Shown here: piece after piece, positions 9,104 to 18,869 of the stretch | How the letters are laid out: each line of letters begins with the position of its first letter | Numbering within the stretch: the first letter of the stretch is position 1 | DNA from: an uncultured Anaerolineaceae bacterium | Lineage (GTDB): Bacteria > Chloroflexota > Anaerolineae > Anaerolineales > E44-bin32 | Assembly (NCBI GenBank): GCA_964570595.1 | Contig: CAZMZL010000003.1 | Coordinates: forward strand, 1 to 47,270 | Length of the DNA: 47,270 nucleotides | Reading direction: 5' to 3' | Program-made: the position numbers and the translations under genes | The notes under the pieces: generated by a model | Seen by the model: the letters and a program-made list of their open reading frames with translations, nothing else | What the model was told of the DNA's origin: nothing | Database searches by the model: none

Positions 9104-9328
9104 AGCACAACATGGACATGGATCGAATCTTTGATCAGCGCCTGTATACCGTAGAAGGGCTTGCATCTCGGCGCACGGAATCTCCGATTTTAGTTGTCAA
9201 GGAGATTTGATCATGGTCGGTCAGAATCGGTCGATTGCCGCACCGGTTTAAGATAGAAGGTCAATCGTGACGAGAACTGGCTCTGATGCAAGCAGTTTCA
9301 ATCTGAATGGAGAAGCGGTAATTGCCTG

Positions 9329-10195
9329 ATGCCGAAACAAGAAAAAACCTTTCGAGTGGGTGCAGTCTCAATACCCATGAACCTTGGGAATACGAGCCAG
9401 TACATCCCACCGGAACAAATCTACCTGACCCCGCCGCAAGGGTATCTCGAGAAACTTGTCTACGCGGTTTCCAACCGCCTGCCCGTTCTCCTCATCGGTG
9501 AGACCGGCGTAGGAAAGACCCAGGCGGTCCGCCATCTCGCGTGGAAGACCAATAATGGTCTGCGCAGGGTTAATCTTAACGGTGCGACAACCGTCGATGA
9601 GTTTCTCGGAAAACTGCTCATTAATGAGCAGGGAACGTACTGGGTCGATGGTGTGCTCGTAGATGCCATGCAAACCGGAGATTGGATCCTGCTCGATGAG
9701 ATCAACGCATGTCTACCCGAAATCGCCTTCTGTCTGCATTCTCTCCTCGATGATGACCGCATGGTCGTTCTGACGGAACACGATGGACGCATCGTGCGGC
9801 CCCACCCGAACTTCCGACTTTTTGCGAGCATGAATCCCAGCGAGGAAGGCCGTTATGGCGGCACAAAGATGCTCAATGAAGCGCTGATGGATCGGTTTCC
9901 GGTGGTCATCAGAATGGAGTACCTGCCCGAAGAAGAGGAAATCGAGGCGGTCATTGCACAAAGCGGCAACGATGATCGTGAACTTATCACGCGAATGGTT
10001 CAAGTGGCGAACGACGTGCGCCAGGCCGTCCGAAGCGAAAAGCTTTTCGGCTCCTTCAGCACAAGAAGAGTGATTGATTGGGCTCGAATGTCGAAAATAT
10101 TCGATGTGCGCGAGAGCGCTCAGTTCACGATCGTCAGCAAGATGAGTCGTTACGACGCGGAAGCAGTGGAGGACATCATTGACCTCTACTTCTGA
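9329..10195 (+). CDS. AAA+ ATPase of the MoxR / AAA_5 class (CbbQ/NorQ/CoxD/CobS-like)
   Basis: Walker A LLIGETGVGKTQ, Walker B WILLDEINA, sensor region FRLFASMNP and an arginine-finger region LMDRF are present. Size (288 aa) is typical of Q-type activases. Confidence 0.85.
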   Translation: MPKQEKTFRVGAVSIPMNLGNTSQYIPPEQIYLTPPQGYLEKLVYAVSNRLPVLLIGETGVGKTQAVRHLAWKTNNGLRRVNLNGATTVDEFLGKLLINEQGTYWVDGVLVDAMQTGDWILLDEINACLPEIAFCLHSLLDDDRMVVLTEHDGRIVRPHPNFRLFASMNPSEEGRYGGTKMLNEALMDRFPVVIRMEYLPEEEEIEAVIAQSGNDDRELITRMVQVANDVRQAVRSEKLFGSFSTRRVIDWARMSKIFDVRESAQFTIVSKMSRYDAEAVEDIIDLYF

Positions 10196-11942
10196 TCTCA
10201 ACCAGGTGGTTGAAGTGCGGCGCGATCGCATGGAGCGCCTGATCCAAAATGCGATCGGTGACTACGAGCTGCGGTTTGATTTTGGCGAAATGGATCGGAT
10301 AAGCCAGGGCCATCTCATCCTGGGTGTGGAACCGGAACTTGTCCGAAACTCGCTTCATCGTTCGCTCGTTGGACGGGTCCTTCACCTTCTGGGTCATTAC
10401 CTTAATGAAACCACGGAGTGGTGGCCCGTTGTCCGGCGCGAAGAAGACCAGGGTCGACCTCACTTTGTTTCGCTCTGGCACGCAATCGAAGATGCACGGA
10501 TTGAGAACAGCCTGCTCGATCGCTGGCCCGGTGCGGATAAATTCTTCAGGACGAAAATTCCACCCAATTTGCGTGGATCCTTAATAAGACTCATGGCCAC
10601 CACGCAGCAGGTCGAAATGGGATTGTATCTTGAAGGGAGAGGGATTTCAGGAGCTGCGTGGGATCCTCGAGTTGAAGATGTACTTAATCGGATGTCGGAA
10701 GACATTCGCAAAGGTGCGCATGGACCAACCCCGCGTGTCTCGTTGAACGCAATGATCGAGATTTACCCGCAGGTTGCACCTCTTCTCCGAGCGGAACATG
10801 TATCCCGCCGCAGTTCAGCATCTTCAGGAACGGATTCGAAGCTCCATGCGATCGATCGCGAAGAAGATGGGGCGGATGACAGAACCGATCAAATAGAGAA
10901 ATATAGCAGCCCCGAGATAGAGAGGACCGATGAACTCGTTGCTGTCGGTTTGACCGGTCGACAGCGGGACCTTCCGGAATGGTTCCGCCCAGGTACTGCA
11001 CCATGGTTTGAGCGTGGGCTCGGGGGAAAAAAAGTGCATCCGTCCGCGGTTCGAACGGATCGAGAAACGATCGTCAATCCACCCGAAGGTGATATTTCTA
11101 TCTACCGAGGCTTACACACGGAGGTGAAACACGACGCTGGTTTTCTGGTACGGAGGTTGACCTCCTTGCTGCGTGAGGATGTGTATTTGCGGTACGGGGG
11201 TAATTTTCGCACGGGAGGCTTGAATACTGCCAAGCTCTGGCGACAGCGGCTCGGTGTATATCGGCTTTTTCAACGTCCGATCAGCGGAATGGAGCGACCC
11301 GTGGCCTTCACGCTTCTTGTGGATGAGAGCGCAAGCATGAAGGGACAGGGCAAATACAAACTGGCGACAAAGACAGCCATTCTGCTTGGCGAGACCCTCA
11401 ATCAACTGGATGTCCCTCTGGAGATCATCGGGTATTCGACGGCAGAGTACGAAGCTAAGGCGGCGCTGACCCTCGGTTTACGCCCTGCCTACGAGTATCG
11501 GACGACGAGATGCAGCCCGCTCGAGCACCGCATCTACAAGCGATTCGACGAACCTTTCCCATTTGTGCGTGCTCGTCTGATCGGTATTCGACCGCGGCAT
11601 AATAATTGGGATGAAGAACATCTGCTCTTTGCGTTCCGGCGTATCCACACCCGCCCTGAAATGCGAAAGGTGATCATCGTTATTTCTGATGGACAACCCA
11701 ACGGTGATGCTGAATATCTGATAAAAACGGTTGAAATGATCGAGCGGACGCGGTGCAAAGTCGTGGGAGTGGGCATCGGCGCTGATTTTGTAAAGGATAT
11801 CTATACAAACGCGATTGTCGTGTCGGATTTTCGTCAATTAACGCTCGAGCTCCTGGATGTTCTGGTTCGGGAATTTGGCAGGGGATCACCCAGCATGAGC
11901 TTCAGCCCGCGCCGGGCTCCAGGCTATGGAGCCGTACGATGA
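10179..11942 (+). CDS. von Willebrand factor A (VWA) protein with a long N-terminal region, CbbO/NorD/CoxE/CobT-like partner of the AAA+ ATPase
   Basis: C-terminal VWA domain with MIDAS LLVDESASM ... ISDGQPNG. N-terminal LWHAIEDARIEN resembles the NorD/CbbO-type motif. Overlaps the AAA gene. The start is uncertain: TTG 10179, GTG 10206 or ATG 10230. Confidence 0.8.
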   Translation: MTSTSDLNQVVEVRRDRMERLIQNAIGDYELRFDFGEMDRISQGHLILGVEPELVRNSLHRSLVGRVLHLLGHYLNETTEWWPVVRREEDQGRPHFVSLWHAIEDARIENSLLDRWPGADKFFRTKIPPNLRGSLIRLMATTQQVEMGLYLEGRGISGAAWDPRVEDVLNRMSEDIRKGAHGPTPRVSLNAMIEIYPQVAPLLRAEHVSRRSSASSGTDSKLHAIDREEDGADDRTDQIEKYSSPEIERTDELVAVGLTGRQRDLPEWFRPGTAPWFERGLGGKKVHPSAVRTDRETIVNPPEGDISIYRGLHTEVKHDAGFLVRRLTSLLREDVYLRYGGNFRTGGLNTAKLWRQRLGVYRLFQRPISGMERPVAFTLLVDESASMKGQGKYKLATKTAILLGETLNQLDVPLEIIGYSTAEYEAKAALTLGLRPAYEYRTTRCSPLEHRIYKRFDEPFPFVRARLIGIRPRHNNWDEEHLLFAFRRIHTRPEMRKVIIVISDGQPNGDAEYLIKTVEMIERTRCKVVGVGIGADFVKDIYTNAIVVSDFRQLTLELLDVLVREFGRGSPSMSFSPRRAPGYGAVR

Positions 11943-12952
11943 TAAAGCTTGCCTGTGTGCAGGAGCCCGGAGTATTGGAAATCGTCGAGAGAGATCAAGC
12001 TCCGCTCGGTGATGACGCTGTTCGATTAAGGATCGAAGCTGTCGGTATCTGTGGATCCGATATTGCCTTAATGGCAGGTACACATCCGTATGCCATCTAT
12101 CCGGTCGTGCCCGGTCATGAACTGGCAGGGCGTGTGCTGGAAACATCGGATCCGAATCGAGTGCAGATAGATCAACTCGTGACGGTCCGGCCGACATTGT
12201 GCTGCGGAACGTGCTCCGCATGTATCGATCATCGACCGAATCATTGTGCGGATGTGCGCGTGCTGGGCGTCCATCTTGATGGCGGCATGGCGGAGGAGAT
12301 GGTCGCGCCGCTGGACCTGGTGTATCCGGTTTCCGGGGAGATGAACGCAGGGCATGCTGCGATGGTCGAGCCTGCTGCAGTTGCGGTCCATGCCTGCAAC
12401 CGGGCGCAATTGAGCTCAGGGATGAGCCTGGCCGTTATCGGATCAGGCGTAATCGGAATGCTGGTCGTTCAAATTGCCAGGGCTCGGGGATGTGGGCCCA
12501 TCTTTGCCGTCGATCGGATCCCGGAACGGTTGGGGGTCGTCAAAAGTCTGGGGGTGGATCGGGTGTCGAATAATCTTGAAGGCGATAGTGTCGCAGCCGG
12601 TCGTGAGCTCTCCCCGGGCGGCTTTGATGTGGTGATGGACATGGTGGGCCGAGCGGCGACATTGGTGGACGCAGCCGAAATGGCGCGCCGGGGCGGCGCG
12701 ATCGTTCCTGTCGCACTGCCTCATGGCGCCATCGATTACGACTTCGAACTGCTTTACAGGAAGGAACTCAGCATCGTGGGGTCCAGGCTTTATAACGGCG
12801 ATTTCGAAGATGCGCTTAGGCTCATTGCCTCGGGGGATGTGAACCCTGACCCCATCATTACGCACCACTTTCCACTTGAAGAAGCGGCGAGCGCTTTTTC
12901 AACACTGGTGGACCATCCCGAACAGGCGATCAAAGTTCTTGTGACGCCTTGA
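11939..12952 (+). CDS. Zn-dependent medium-chain dehydrogenase (L-iditol/sorbitol/galactitol-1-P dehydrogenase-like)
   Basis: GICGSDI, PGHELAGRV, the structural-Zn segment CCGTCSACIDHRPNHC and Rossmann GSGVIGM are present. ATGA overlap with the VWA gene. Confidence 0.85.
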   Translation: MIKLACVQEPGVLEIVERDQAPLGDDAVRLRIEAVGICGSDIALMAGTHPYAIYPVVPGHELAGRVLETSDPNRVQIDQLVTVRPTLCCGTCSACIDHRPNHCADVRVLGVHLDGGMAEEMVAPLDLVYPVSGEMNAGHAAMVEPAAVAVHACNRAQLSSGMSLAVIGSGVIGMLVVQIARARGCGPIFAVDRIPERLGVVKSLGVDRVSNNLEGDSVAAGRELSPGGFDVVMDMVGRAATLVDAAEMARRGGAIVPVALPHGAIDYDFELLYRKELSIVGSRLYNGDFEDALRLIASGDVNPDPIITHHFPLEEAASAFSTLVDHPEQAIKVLVTP

Positions 12953-13015
12953 TTTAAAAGAAAAATTGAAAGTGTTATTAGAGAATCAGATCTATCACTC
13001 AGAAGGGAAACGGAC

Positions 13016-14518
13016 ATGGCTAAAAATGACACTGTAACAACACTCCCTATGGTCATCGATGGAAAACAAGTTGCGGGAGCATCGAAGGAATTTATCGAAG
13101 TTGTGAATCCGTCGGATGGTGGAGTGGTCGGGAAGGTGCCCATCGCAAGCGAGGTGGAGATCGATGCTGCTGTTCAATCCTCCTATAATGCGTTCAAGGG
13201 GTGGCGCGATACTCCTGCAGTTGAACGAGCCGGTTATATGCTCAAGCTTATTCAGGGGATGCGAGACAACATCGACGACATCGCCCACGTACTCACCCGT
13301 GAACAAGGAAAACCTTTCCCCCAGGCGAAAGGCGAGATCGGCGGTTTCTGTGCAGTGATGGAATTCTATGCTCAGGAAGCGCGCCGTATCAGCGGCATGG
13401 TGCTGCAATCCGATCACCGTGATCGTTTCGTCTATGTGCTCCGCGAACCGCAAGGTGTCGTGGCCGCCATTCCTCCATGGAACGATCCGCTTCACCTGCT
13501 CAGCCGAATGATGGGTCCTGCTCTCGCTGCCGGCTGCACGGTCGTGGCCAAGCCGTCTTCGGACACCCCCATGGCTACCTTGATGATGGGACAAATTGCG
13601 GTCGATGTTGGCGTGCCGCCGGGGGTGATCAACGTGATCACGGGGCCGGGGGGGAAAGTGGGCGAAGCGCTCGTGCGTCATCCGAAAGTCGCACACGCCT
13701 CTCTGACCGGCAGCCTGCCTGGCGGTATTGCCGTGATGCAAGCTGCTTCAGAAGGGATGAAGCGCGTCACACTCGAACTGGGTGGGCAGTGCCCGTGCAT
13801 TGTCTGGGAGGACGCCGACATCGACAAGGCGGTTGATGCGCTTGTGTTCCAGGCATTCCGCGGCTGTGGCCAAGTATGCAACCGGGTCAATCGCGTCTAC
13901 GCGCATGAGAAGATCTATGATGAACTCGTCAAAAGGGTCGCCGAATTAGCCTCGCGCATCGTCGTCGGGGACGGATTTAAGGACGCTGTGGATATCGGCC
14001 CGCTCGTGAATACGCGTCAATTGGCATGGGTCACAGATCAGGTGGAGAAGGCCCTCTCCGAGGGCGCAAAAGTGCTCGCCGGCGGCGGACCTCTTACTGG
14101 AGAGGGTTTTGATGGCGGGAACTTCTTTGAGCCAACCGTCCTGGTGGACTGCAAACAAGACATGGAAATCATGCAGCAGGAGACGTTCGGTCCTGTACTG
14201 GCGTTCATGAAAGTCGGCGGGGACCTCGAGGGCGCATTTGAATATGCAAACGACGGTTGGAATGGACTTGCGGCCTACTTCTTCAGCCGCGACCAGAGAA
14301 ACTGTTTCCTGGCAGCGCGGCGGTTGACGGCCGGGTCGGTATGGATCAACGACATCCATGGATCGATGGTGCAGGCGCCCTATGGCGGCATGAAGCAAAG
14401 CGGCATGGGTCGCGAGCAGGGTGCCCTTGCAGTGGACGAGTATCTTGAGTGGAAGACGGTTTACCACGAGATGAGTTACGAATCACGCGGCGCACGAGCC
14501 TGTGTGCATCACAAATAA
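13016..14518 (+). CDS. NAD(P)+-dependent aldehyde dehydrogenase
   Basis: PPWNDP (FPxN-like), LELGGQCP (general-base Glu), FRGCGQVCNRVNRVY (catalytic Cys) and EETFGP-like QETFGPV are present. 500 aa. Confidence 0.9.
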   Translation: MAKNDTVTTLPMVIDGKQVAGASKEFIEVVNPSDGGVVGKVPIASEVEIDAAVQSSYNAFKGWRDTPAVERAGYMLKLIQGMRDNIDDIAHVLTREQGKPFPQAKGEIGGFCAVMEFYAQEARRISGMVLQSDHRDRFVYVLREPQGVVAAIPPWNDPLHLLSRMMGPALAAGCTVVAKPSSDTPMATLMMGQIAVDVGVPPGVINVITGPGGKVGEALVRHPKVAHASLTGSLPGGIAVMQAASEGMKRVTLELGGQCPCIVWEDADIDKAVDALVFQAFRGCGQVCNRVNRVYAHEKIYDELVKRVAELASRIVVGDGFKDAVDIGPLVNTRQLAWVTDQVEKALSEGAKVLAGGGPLTGEGFDGGNFFEPTVLVDCKQDMEIMQQETFGPVLAFMKVGGDLEGAFEYANDGWNGLAAYFFSRDQRNCFLAARRLTAGSVWINDIHGSMVQAPYGGMKQSGMGREQGALAVDEYLEWKTVYHEMSYESRGARACVHHK

Positions 14519-14530
14519 GGCCGTAAGATC

Positions 14531-15484
14531 ATGACCAAACCCGTCGTATTGCTTTATGAACCTATCCATGAGAGAGCCATGGCTCTTCTACAAAAGCAGG
14601 CGAATGTCCGCGTGGCCGCAAGCCTGGAGGAAGTTGATCTTATTAAAGACGTAACCGATGTGGACGGGATCATTATCCGAGCCAATGGAAAGGTCAGCCG
14701 AAAGATTATGGAGGCGGCCTCAAACTTGAAGGTCGTCGCTCGACATGGAACCGGGGTTGAGGCGATCGATCACGAGGCGGCAGCCGAGTTGGGCGTCGTC
14801 GTGGTGAACACGCCGGAAGCCAACGTGGAGTCCGTGGCAGAACAGTGCCTCGCGTTCATGATTGCCCTGGGCAAGCGACTGCTTGAATCGGATTCTGCGA
14901 TTCGGGCAGGTGATTGGGAGTCGCGCTACCGTCTGATCGGCACCGAGTTGCTGGGTAAAACGCTGGGTCTTGTGGGGTTCGGGCGAATTGGGCAGCGTGT
15001 GGCGGAGTTGTGTCATGCCTCCCTGTCCATGCCCATCAAGTATTTCGATGTCGTTCAATATCCCGGGGTCGAGAAGACGCTGGGCGCGACGAAAGCATCC
15101 CTGGAGGAGGTCCTCGCTCGTGCGGATTTTGTATCGATCCATGTGCCGCTTCTTGAAAATACCCGTGGGATCATCGGCGAAGTCGAGTTAAAACAGATGA
15201 AACCGACCGCGTTCCTCATCAATACTTCTCGGGGCCCCGTCGTGGACCAAGAGGCGCTCGTGGCCGCGCTCAAGCAGGGCTGGATCCGGGGGGCTGGACT
15301 GGATGTGTATGATCCGGAACCGCTGCCGGATGACAGCCCTCTTCTCGCGATGGATAACGTCGTACTCTCGCCTCACATGGCTTCGCATACGGACGAGGCC
15401 CTCTTTCGCATGGCCATGGTGATCGAAGATGTGCTCGCGGTCATCCGCGGGGAGGCGCCAAAATATCCGGTGGTCGTGACATAA
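14531..15484 (+). CDS. D-isomer-specific 2-hydroxyacid dehydrogenase (glyoxylate/hydroxypyruvate reductase / PGDH-like)
   Basis: GLVGFGRIGQRVA NAD motif. NTSRGPVVD with the catalytic Arg, and the SPHMAS His region are present. Confidence 0.9.
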   Translation: MTKPVVLLYEPIHERAMALLQKQANVRVAASLEEVDLIKDVTDVDGIIIRANGKVSRKIMEAASNLKVVARHGTGVEAIDHEAAAELGVVVVNTPEANVESVAEQCLAFMIALGKRLLESDSAIRAGDWESRYRLIGTELLGKTLGLVGFGRIGQRVAELCHASLSMPIKYFDVVQYPGVEKTLGATKASLEEVLARADFVSIHVPLLENTRGIIGEVELKQMKPTAFLINTSRGPVVDQEALVAALKQGWIRGAGLDVYDPEPLPDDSPLLAMDNVVLSPHMASHTDEALFRMAMVIEDVLAVIRGEAPKYPVVVT

Positions 15485-15517
15485 TGAGCGCATCCATAAC
15501 GAAATAGGAGAGTCAAG

Positions 15518-16435
15518 ATGGATAAACATTGGAATCAATATTGTACGGTGAGCATCGTGCATTTCATGGCCTATCCGAACACGATAGGTGGCGAAGGGCC
15601 CATCCTTGAAACGATCAGCAAGATCGCGGAAGACCCCTTTTTCACCGGCATCGAAATCGGTTGGATTAAGGATCCAAAAGTACGGGAAGATGCCAAAGCC
15701 ATCCTGGATCACGCGCATATTAAAGTTGGTTATGGCGCACAACCATCTCTTCTGCTCCAGGGTTTGAATCTGAACAGCCTTGACGAGGCAGAACGGGAAC
15801 AGGCCGTAAACCAACTGAAATCGAATGTCGATGAAGCGGTCGAGATGGGGGCGAAACGGGTTGGGTTCTTATCGGGCAAGGATCCGGGTGATGCGGACCG
15901 TCCTGCGGCGCTTGAAAAGTTGATCGTTTCGGTCAAAGAAGTATCCGGGTACGCACGCGAGAAGGGATTGGCGCTGGTCTGTGAGACCTTCGATCGGGAG
16001 ATCGACAAGAAATGTTTGATTGGTCCAAGTGATTATGCGGCGGGTTTTGCAGCAGCGGTGAAAGTGGACTACCCTGAGTTCGGACTCATGTACGATCTCA
16101 GCCACCAACCCCTGCTTTATGAAGAGGCCGAACCTGCGCTCACGCTTTTGAAAGATCACCTTGTGCATGCTCACGTAGGCAACGGTGTGGTGGACCCGGA
16201 CACACCTGGTTTTGGTGATATGCACCCGCGCTTTGGCTGGCCGGGCGGATGCAACGACGTCGACGAACTTGCTGATTTCATCGGCGCCCTGTTCACGGTC
16301 GGTTACCTGGCAGAGGGGAAAGATGAACTCCCCTGGGTTGGTTTCGAGGTGAAACCTCAGAATGAGAGAGAGACGTCCGAACAGATCATCGCGGGCACAA
16401 AACGAGTGTGGGCAGAAGCCTGGTCACGAGTATAA
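15518..16435 (+). CDS. Xylose-isomerase-like TIM-barrel protein (sugar phosphate isomerase/epimerase; IolE/IolH/IolI-like fold)
   Basis: AP_endonuc_2-type pattern: CETFDRE, YDLSHQ, HAHVGNG metal-ligand-like segments. AGGAGA SD. 305 aa. Confidence 0.75.
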   Translation: MDKHWNQYCTVSIVHFMAYPNTIGGEGPILETISKIAEDPFFTGIEIGWIKDPKVREDAKAILDHAHIKVGYGAQPSLLLQGLNLNSLDEAEREQAVNQLKSNVDEAVEMGAKRVGFLSGKDPGDADRPAALEKLIVSVKEVSGYAREKGLALVCETFDREIDKKCLIGPSDYAAGFAAAVKVDYPEFGLMYDLSHQPLLYEEAEPALTLLKDHLVHAHVGNGVVDPDTPGFGDMHPRFGWPGGCNDVDELADFIGALFTVGYLAEGKDELPWVGFEVKPQNERETSEQIIAGTKRVWAEAWSRV

Positions 16436-16474
16436 GGATTTTAATCATACATCATCGGCACCAAGGAGACGTCA

Positions 16475-18832
16475 GTGAATGCATCCATCAAGCAAATAGA
16501 TAAGCGTTATCAAGCGTTGGAGAAGAATCTTGACCAGTGGCAGAAGACCGCCGACATCATTGATCAGCTCATCGATATCATTCTGAACTATCGGCAAAGC
16601 GGCCATCCGGGAGGATCTCGATCAAAGGTGCATGCGATGGTGAGTCTGTTGCTCAGCGGGGCCATGCGTTGGGATGTCCGAGATCCGGAGAAGAGATTTG
16701 GCGACCGTTTTATCCTTGGGGCAGGGCATACCATCCCGCTCCTTTACTGCACGTTTGCGGTTCTGAACGAAGCCATGCGGATGAAACATGAGCAGACAGG
16801 GGACAAAAAATACCTTATCCGAAACGCGGAGCGCCGAGCGCTTTACTGGGAAGATCTGCTCCAATTCCGTCGGCGCGGTGGTCTCTCGGGTCATGCCGAA
16901 ATGGAAGGCAAGACTCTCTTCCTGAAATTCAACACCGGTCCTTCCGGTCATGGCAGTCCTGCGGCTGCAGGCGAAGCCCTGGCGCTTAAGCGGGCCGGTT
17001 GTGGTGAGGTGAAAGTTTTCTGTTTTGAAGGTGAAGCGGGTCTCACGCCCGGTTCCACGCACGAGACCATGAACTCGGCCTGGGGGCTGGGTTTGGATAA
17101 TTTGTACTATCTCGTGGATTGGAACGACTATGGCATCGACGATCACAGCGTAAGCGACGCGGTTTATGGCACGCCGACGGATTGGTTTGCCTCGCATGGC
17201 TGGAGGGTCGTGGGCACGGACGAGGGGAGTGAATGGGGGCCGGTCTTGAGGACGATTCTCGAGTTGGCCATGGGGGCCCGCGAGGATGGTGTCCCGTCGG
17301 CGGCCTGGTTTAAGACGAGAAAGGGACGCGGGTATCTCAAGTATGACAACGCTTCCCACGGGACGCCGCATCCGATGAACAGCGAACTCTTCTGGAAGTT
17401 AAAGGAACCATTTGCGGAAAAATATGGGGTTGAGTTTACGAACTTCGGCGGCGGTCCACCAGAGAGCCCGGAAGCTTTTGAGGAAGAATTTGAAGCAAAC
17501 CTGCGCGCGGTGATGGATGTGCTTCGCCAGGACCAAACTCTGGTCGATTATCTGTCGGATGCGCTCGTGGAAATTGGCGAAAGCGTTCCTCTCGAGGTCA
17601 AGGGTTTTCTACTCGGAAAGCAAGGGAACCCATTCGAGGATCCGGCGCTTTATGATTATGAGAATTACCCCGCGGATCTTTTCGCAGAACCGGGTGAGAA
17701 GGTCGCCAATCGCGCCGCACTGGCGAAGTGGGGCGCGTGGGTGAACGCATTCGGCGCGACCAAATACGGTCGACCCTTGTTCCTTGTCAGCTCAGCCGAT
17801 CTCGCCGGTTCCACGAACATCAGCGGCTTTGCGGACAAATATAAAGATTTCGAGGGTTATGGCTGGTACAAGCGTTACGGTACGGATGCAGGCGTGCTCC
17901 TTCCGCAGGAGATCACGGAGTTCGCCAATGCGGGCATCATGGCCGGATTGGCGACCGTTAATCTCGCTGATGACCCCGAAAAATATTTCGATGGATTCTG
18001 GGCGGCATCCTCGACCTACGGTTCCTTCTCCTACCTGATGTATGGGCTGATGCGATTGTTCAGCCAACTGGCGCAAGATTGCGATCTAAAGGTCGGCAAG
18101 ACGCTATGGGTGGCGGGCCATTCTGGACCCGAAACGGCAGATGACAGTCGCACGCATTTCGGCATCTTTTCGCCTGGGGTCACTCAGCTCTTCCCGGAGG
18201 GGCAGGTCATCAATTTACATCCCTGGGAGCACAATGAAGTCCCGGTGCTCCTGGGCGCCGCGCTTAAGACTGAAGTTCCCATTATCGCACTCCATCTCAC
18301 CCGCCCACCGATTGAAATCCCCGATCGCGAGAAGATTGGGATGCCCTCCCATTATGAAGCTGCAAAGGGAGCCTACGTGGTGCGGGATTATAAGGCGGGT
18401 GCTCCCCGAGGGGGCGCTGTTATCGTTCAGGGAACAAGCGCGATGGCGAACATCGTGAAAATCCTGCCTGACCTGGACGAGAAGAAGCTCAACGTCAAGA
18501 TCATCTATGCTGCCAGCCCGCAGCTCTTCGCCCGACAGCCGGTCGAATACCGGGAGAGCGTGATCACATCAGCCGATCGGGTAGATTCGACCGTGATCAC
18601 GACTCAAGGTCGCTGGTTGATGCACGACTGGCTGTTCAACAAGGTATCTGAGGCGTACTCGCTTTCCGCCGATTGGGACGACCGTTGGCGAACCGGCGGG
18701 AACCTCGAGGAAGTGATTGAAGAGGCTCAGCTATCTCCTGAGTGGATTTTGAAAGGCATTGAGAGATTTGTAAAGGAACGGGAAGGACGCCTGAACCGCC
18801 TATCGGCTGAATTGGAATCGGCTCGAATGTGA
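16475..18832 (+). CDS. Long, divergent transketolase-family thiamine-diphosphate enzyme (785 aa)
   Basis: SGHPGGS, DRFILGAGH and NTGPSGHGSPAAAGEALA are present. The TPP/Mg segment reads FEGEAGLTPGSTHE...LVDWNDYGID, where canonical TK has GDGxxxEG...DxNxxxID. GTG start with AAGGAG 7 nt upstream. Confidence 0.75.
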   Translation: MNASIKQIDKRYQALEKNLDQWQKTADIIDQLIDIILNYRQSGHPGGSRSKVHAMVSLLLSGAMRWDVRDPEKRFGDRFILGAGHTIPLLYCTFAVLNEAMRMKHEQTGDKKYLIRNAERRALYWEDLLQFRRRGGLSGHAEMEGKTLFLKFNTGPSGHGSPAAAGEALALKRAGCGEVKVFCFEGEAGLTPGSTHETMNSAWGLGLDNLYYLVDWNDYGIDDHSVSDAVYGTPTDWFASHGWRVVGTDEGSEWGPVLRTILELAMGAREDGVPSAAWFKTRKGRGYLKYDNASHGTPHPMNSELFWKLKEPFAEKYGVEFTNFGGGPPESPEAFEEEFEANLRAVMDVLRQDQTLVDYLSDALVEIGESVPLEVKGFLLGKQGNPFEDPALYDYENYPADLFAEPGEKVANRAALAKWGAWVNAFGATKYGRPLFLVSSADLAGSTNISGFADKYKDFEGYGWYKRYGTDAGVLLPQEITEFANAGIMAGLATVNLADDPEKYFDGFWAASSTYGSFSYLMYGLMRLFSQLAQDCDLKVGKTLWVAGHSGPETADDSRTHFGIFSPGVTQLFPEGQVINLHPWEHNEVPVLLGAALKTEVPIIALHLTRPPIEIPDREKIGMPSHYEAAKGAYVVRDYKAGAPRGGAVIVQGTSAMANIVKILPDLDEKKLNVKIIYAASPQLFARQPVEYRESVITSADRVDSTVITTQGRWLMHDWLFNKVSEAYSLSADWDDRWRTGGNLEEVIEEAQLSPEWILKGIERFVKEREGRLNRLSAELESARM

Positions 18833-18869
18833 TCCCGCTCTTTCTCTTCATCTCCGTTTTACGTTGTGT

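Noticed and set aside
8971-9210. 79-aa plus-strand ORF overlapping the end of the Moco subunit gene and the following gap
   Set aside because: Its first third overlaps a well-supported CDS in another frame, it has no SD, and the product is Arg/Cys/Met-rich without motifs.
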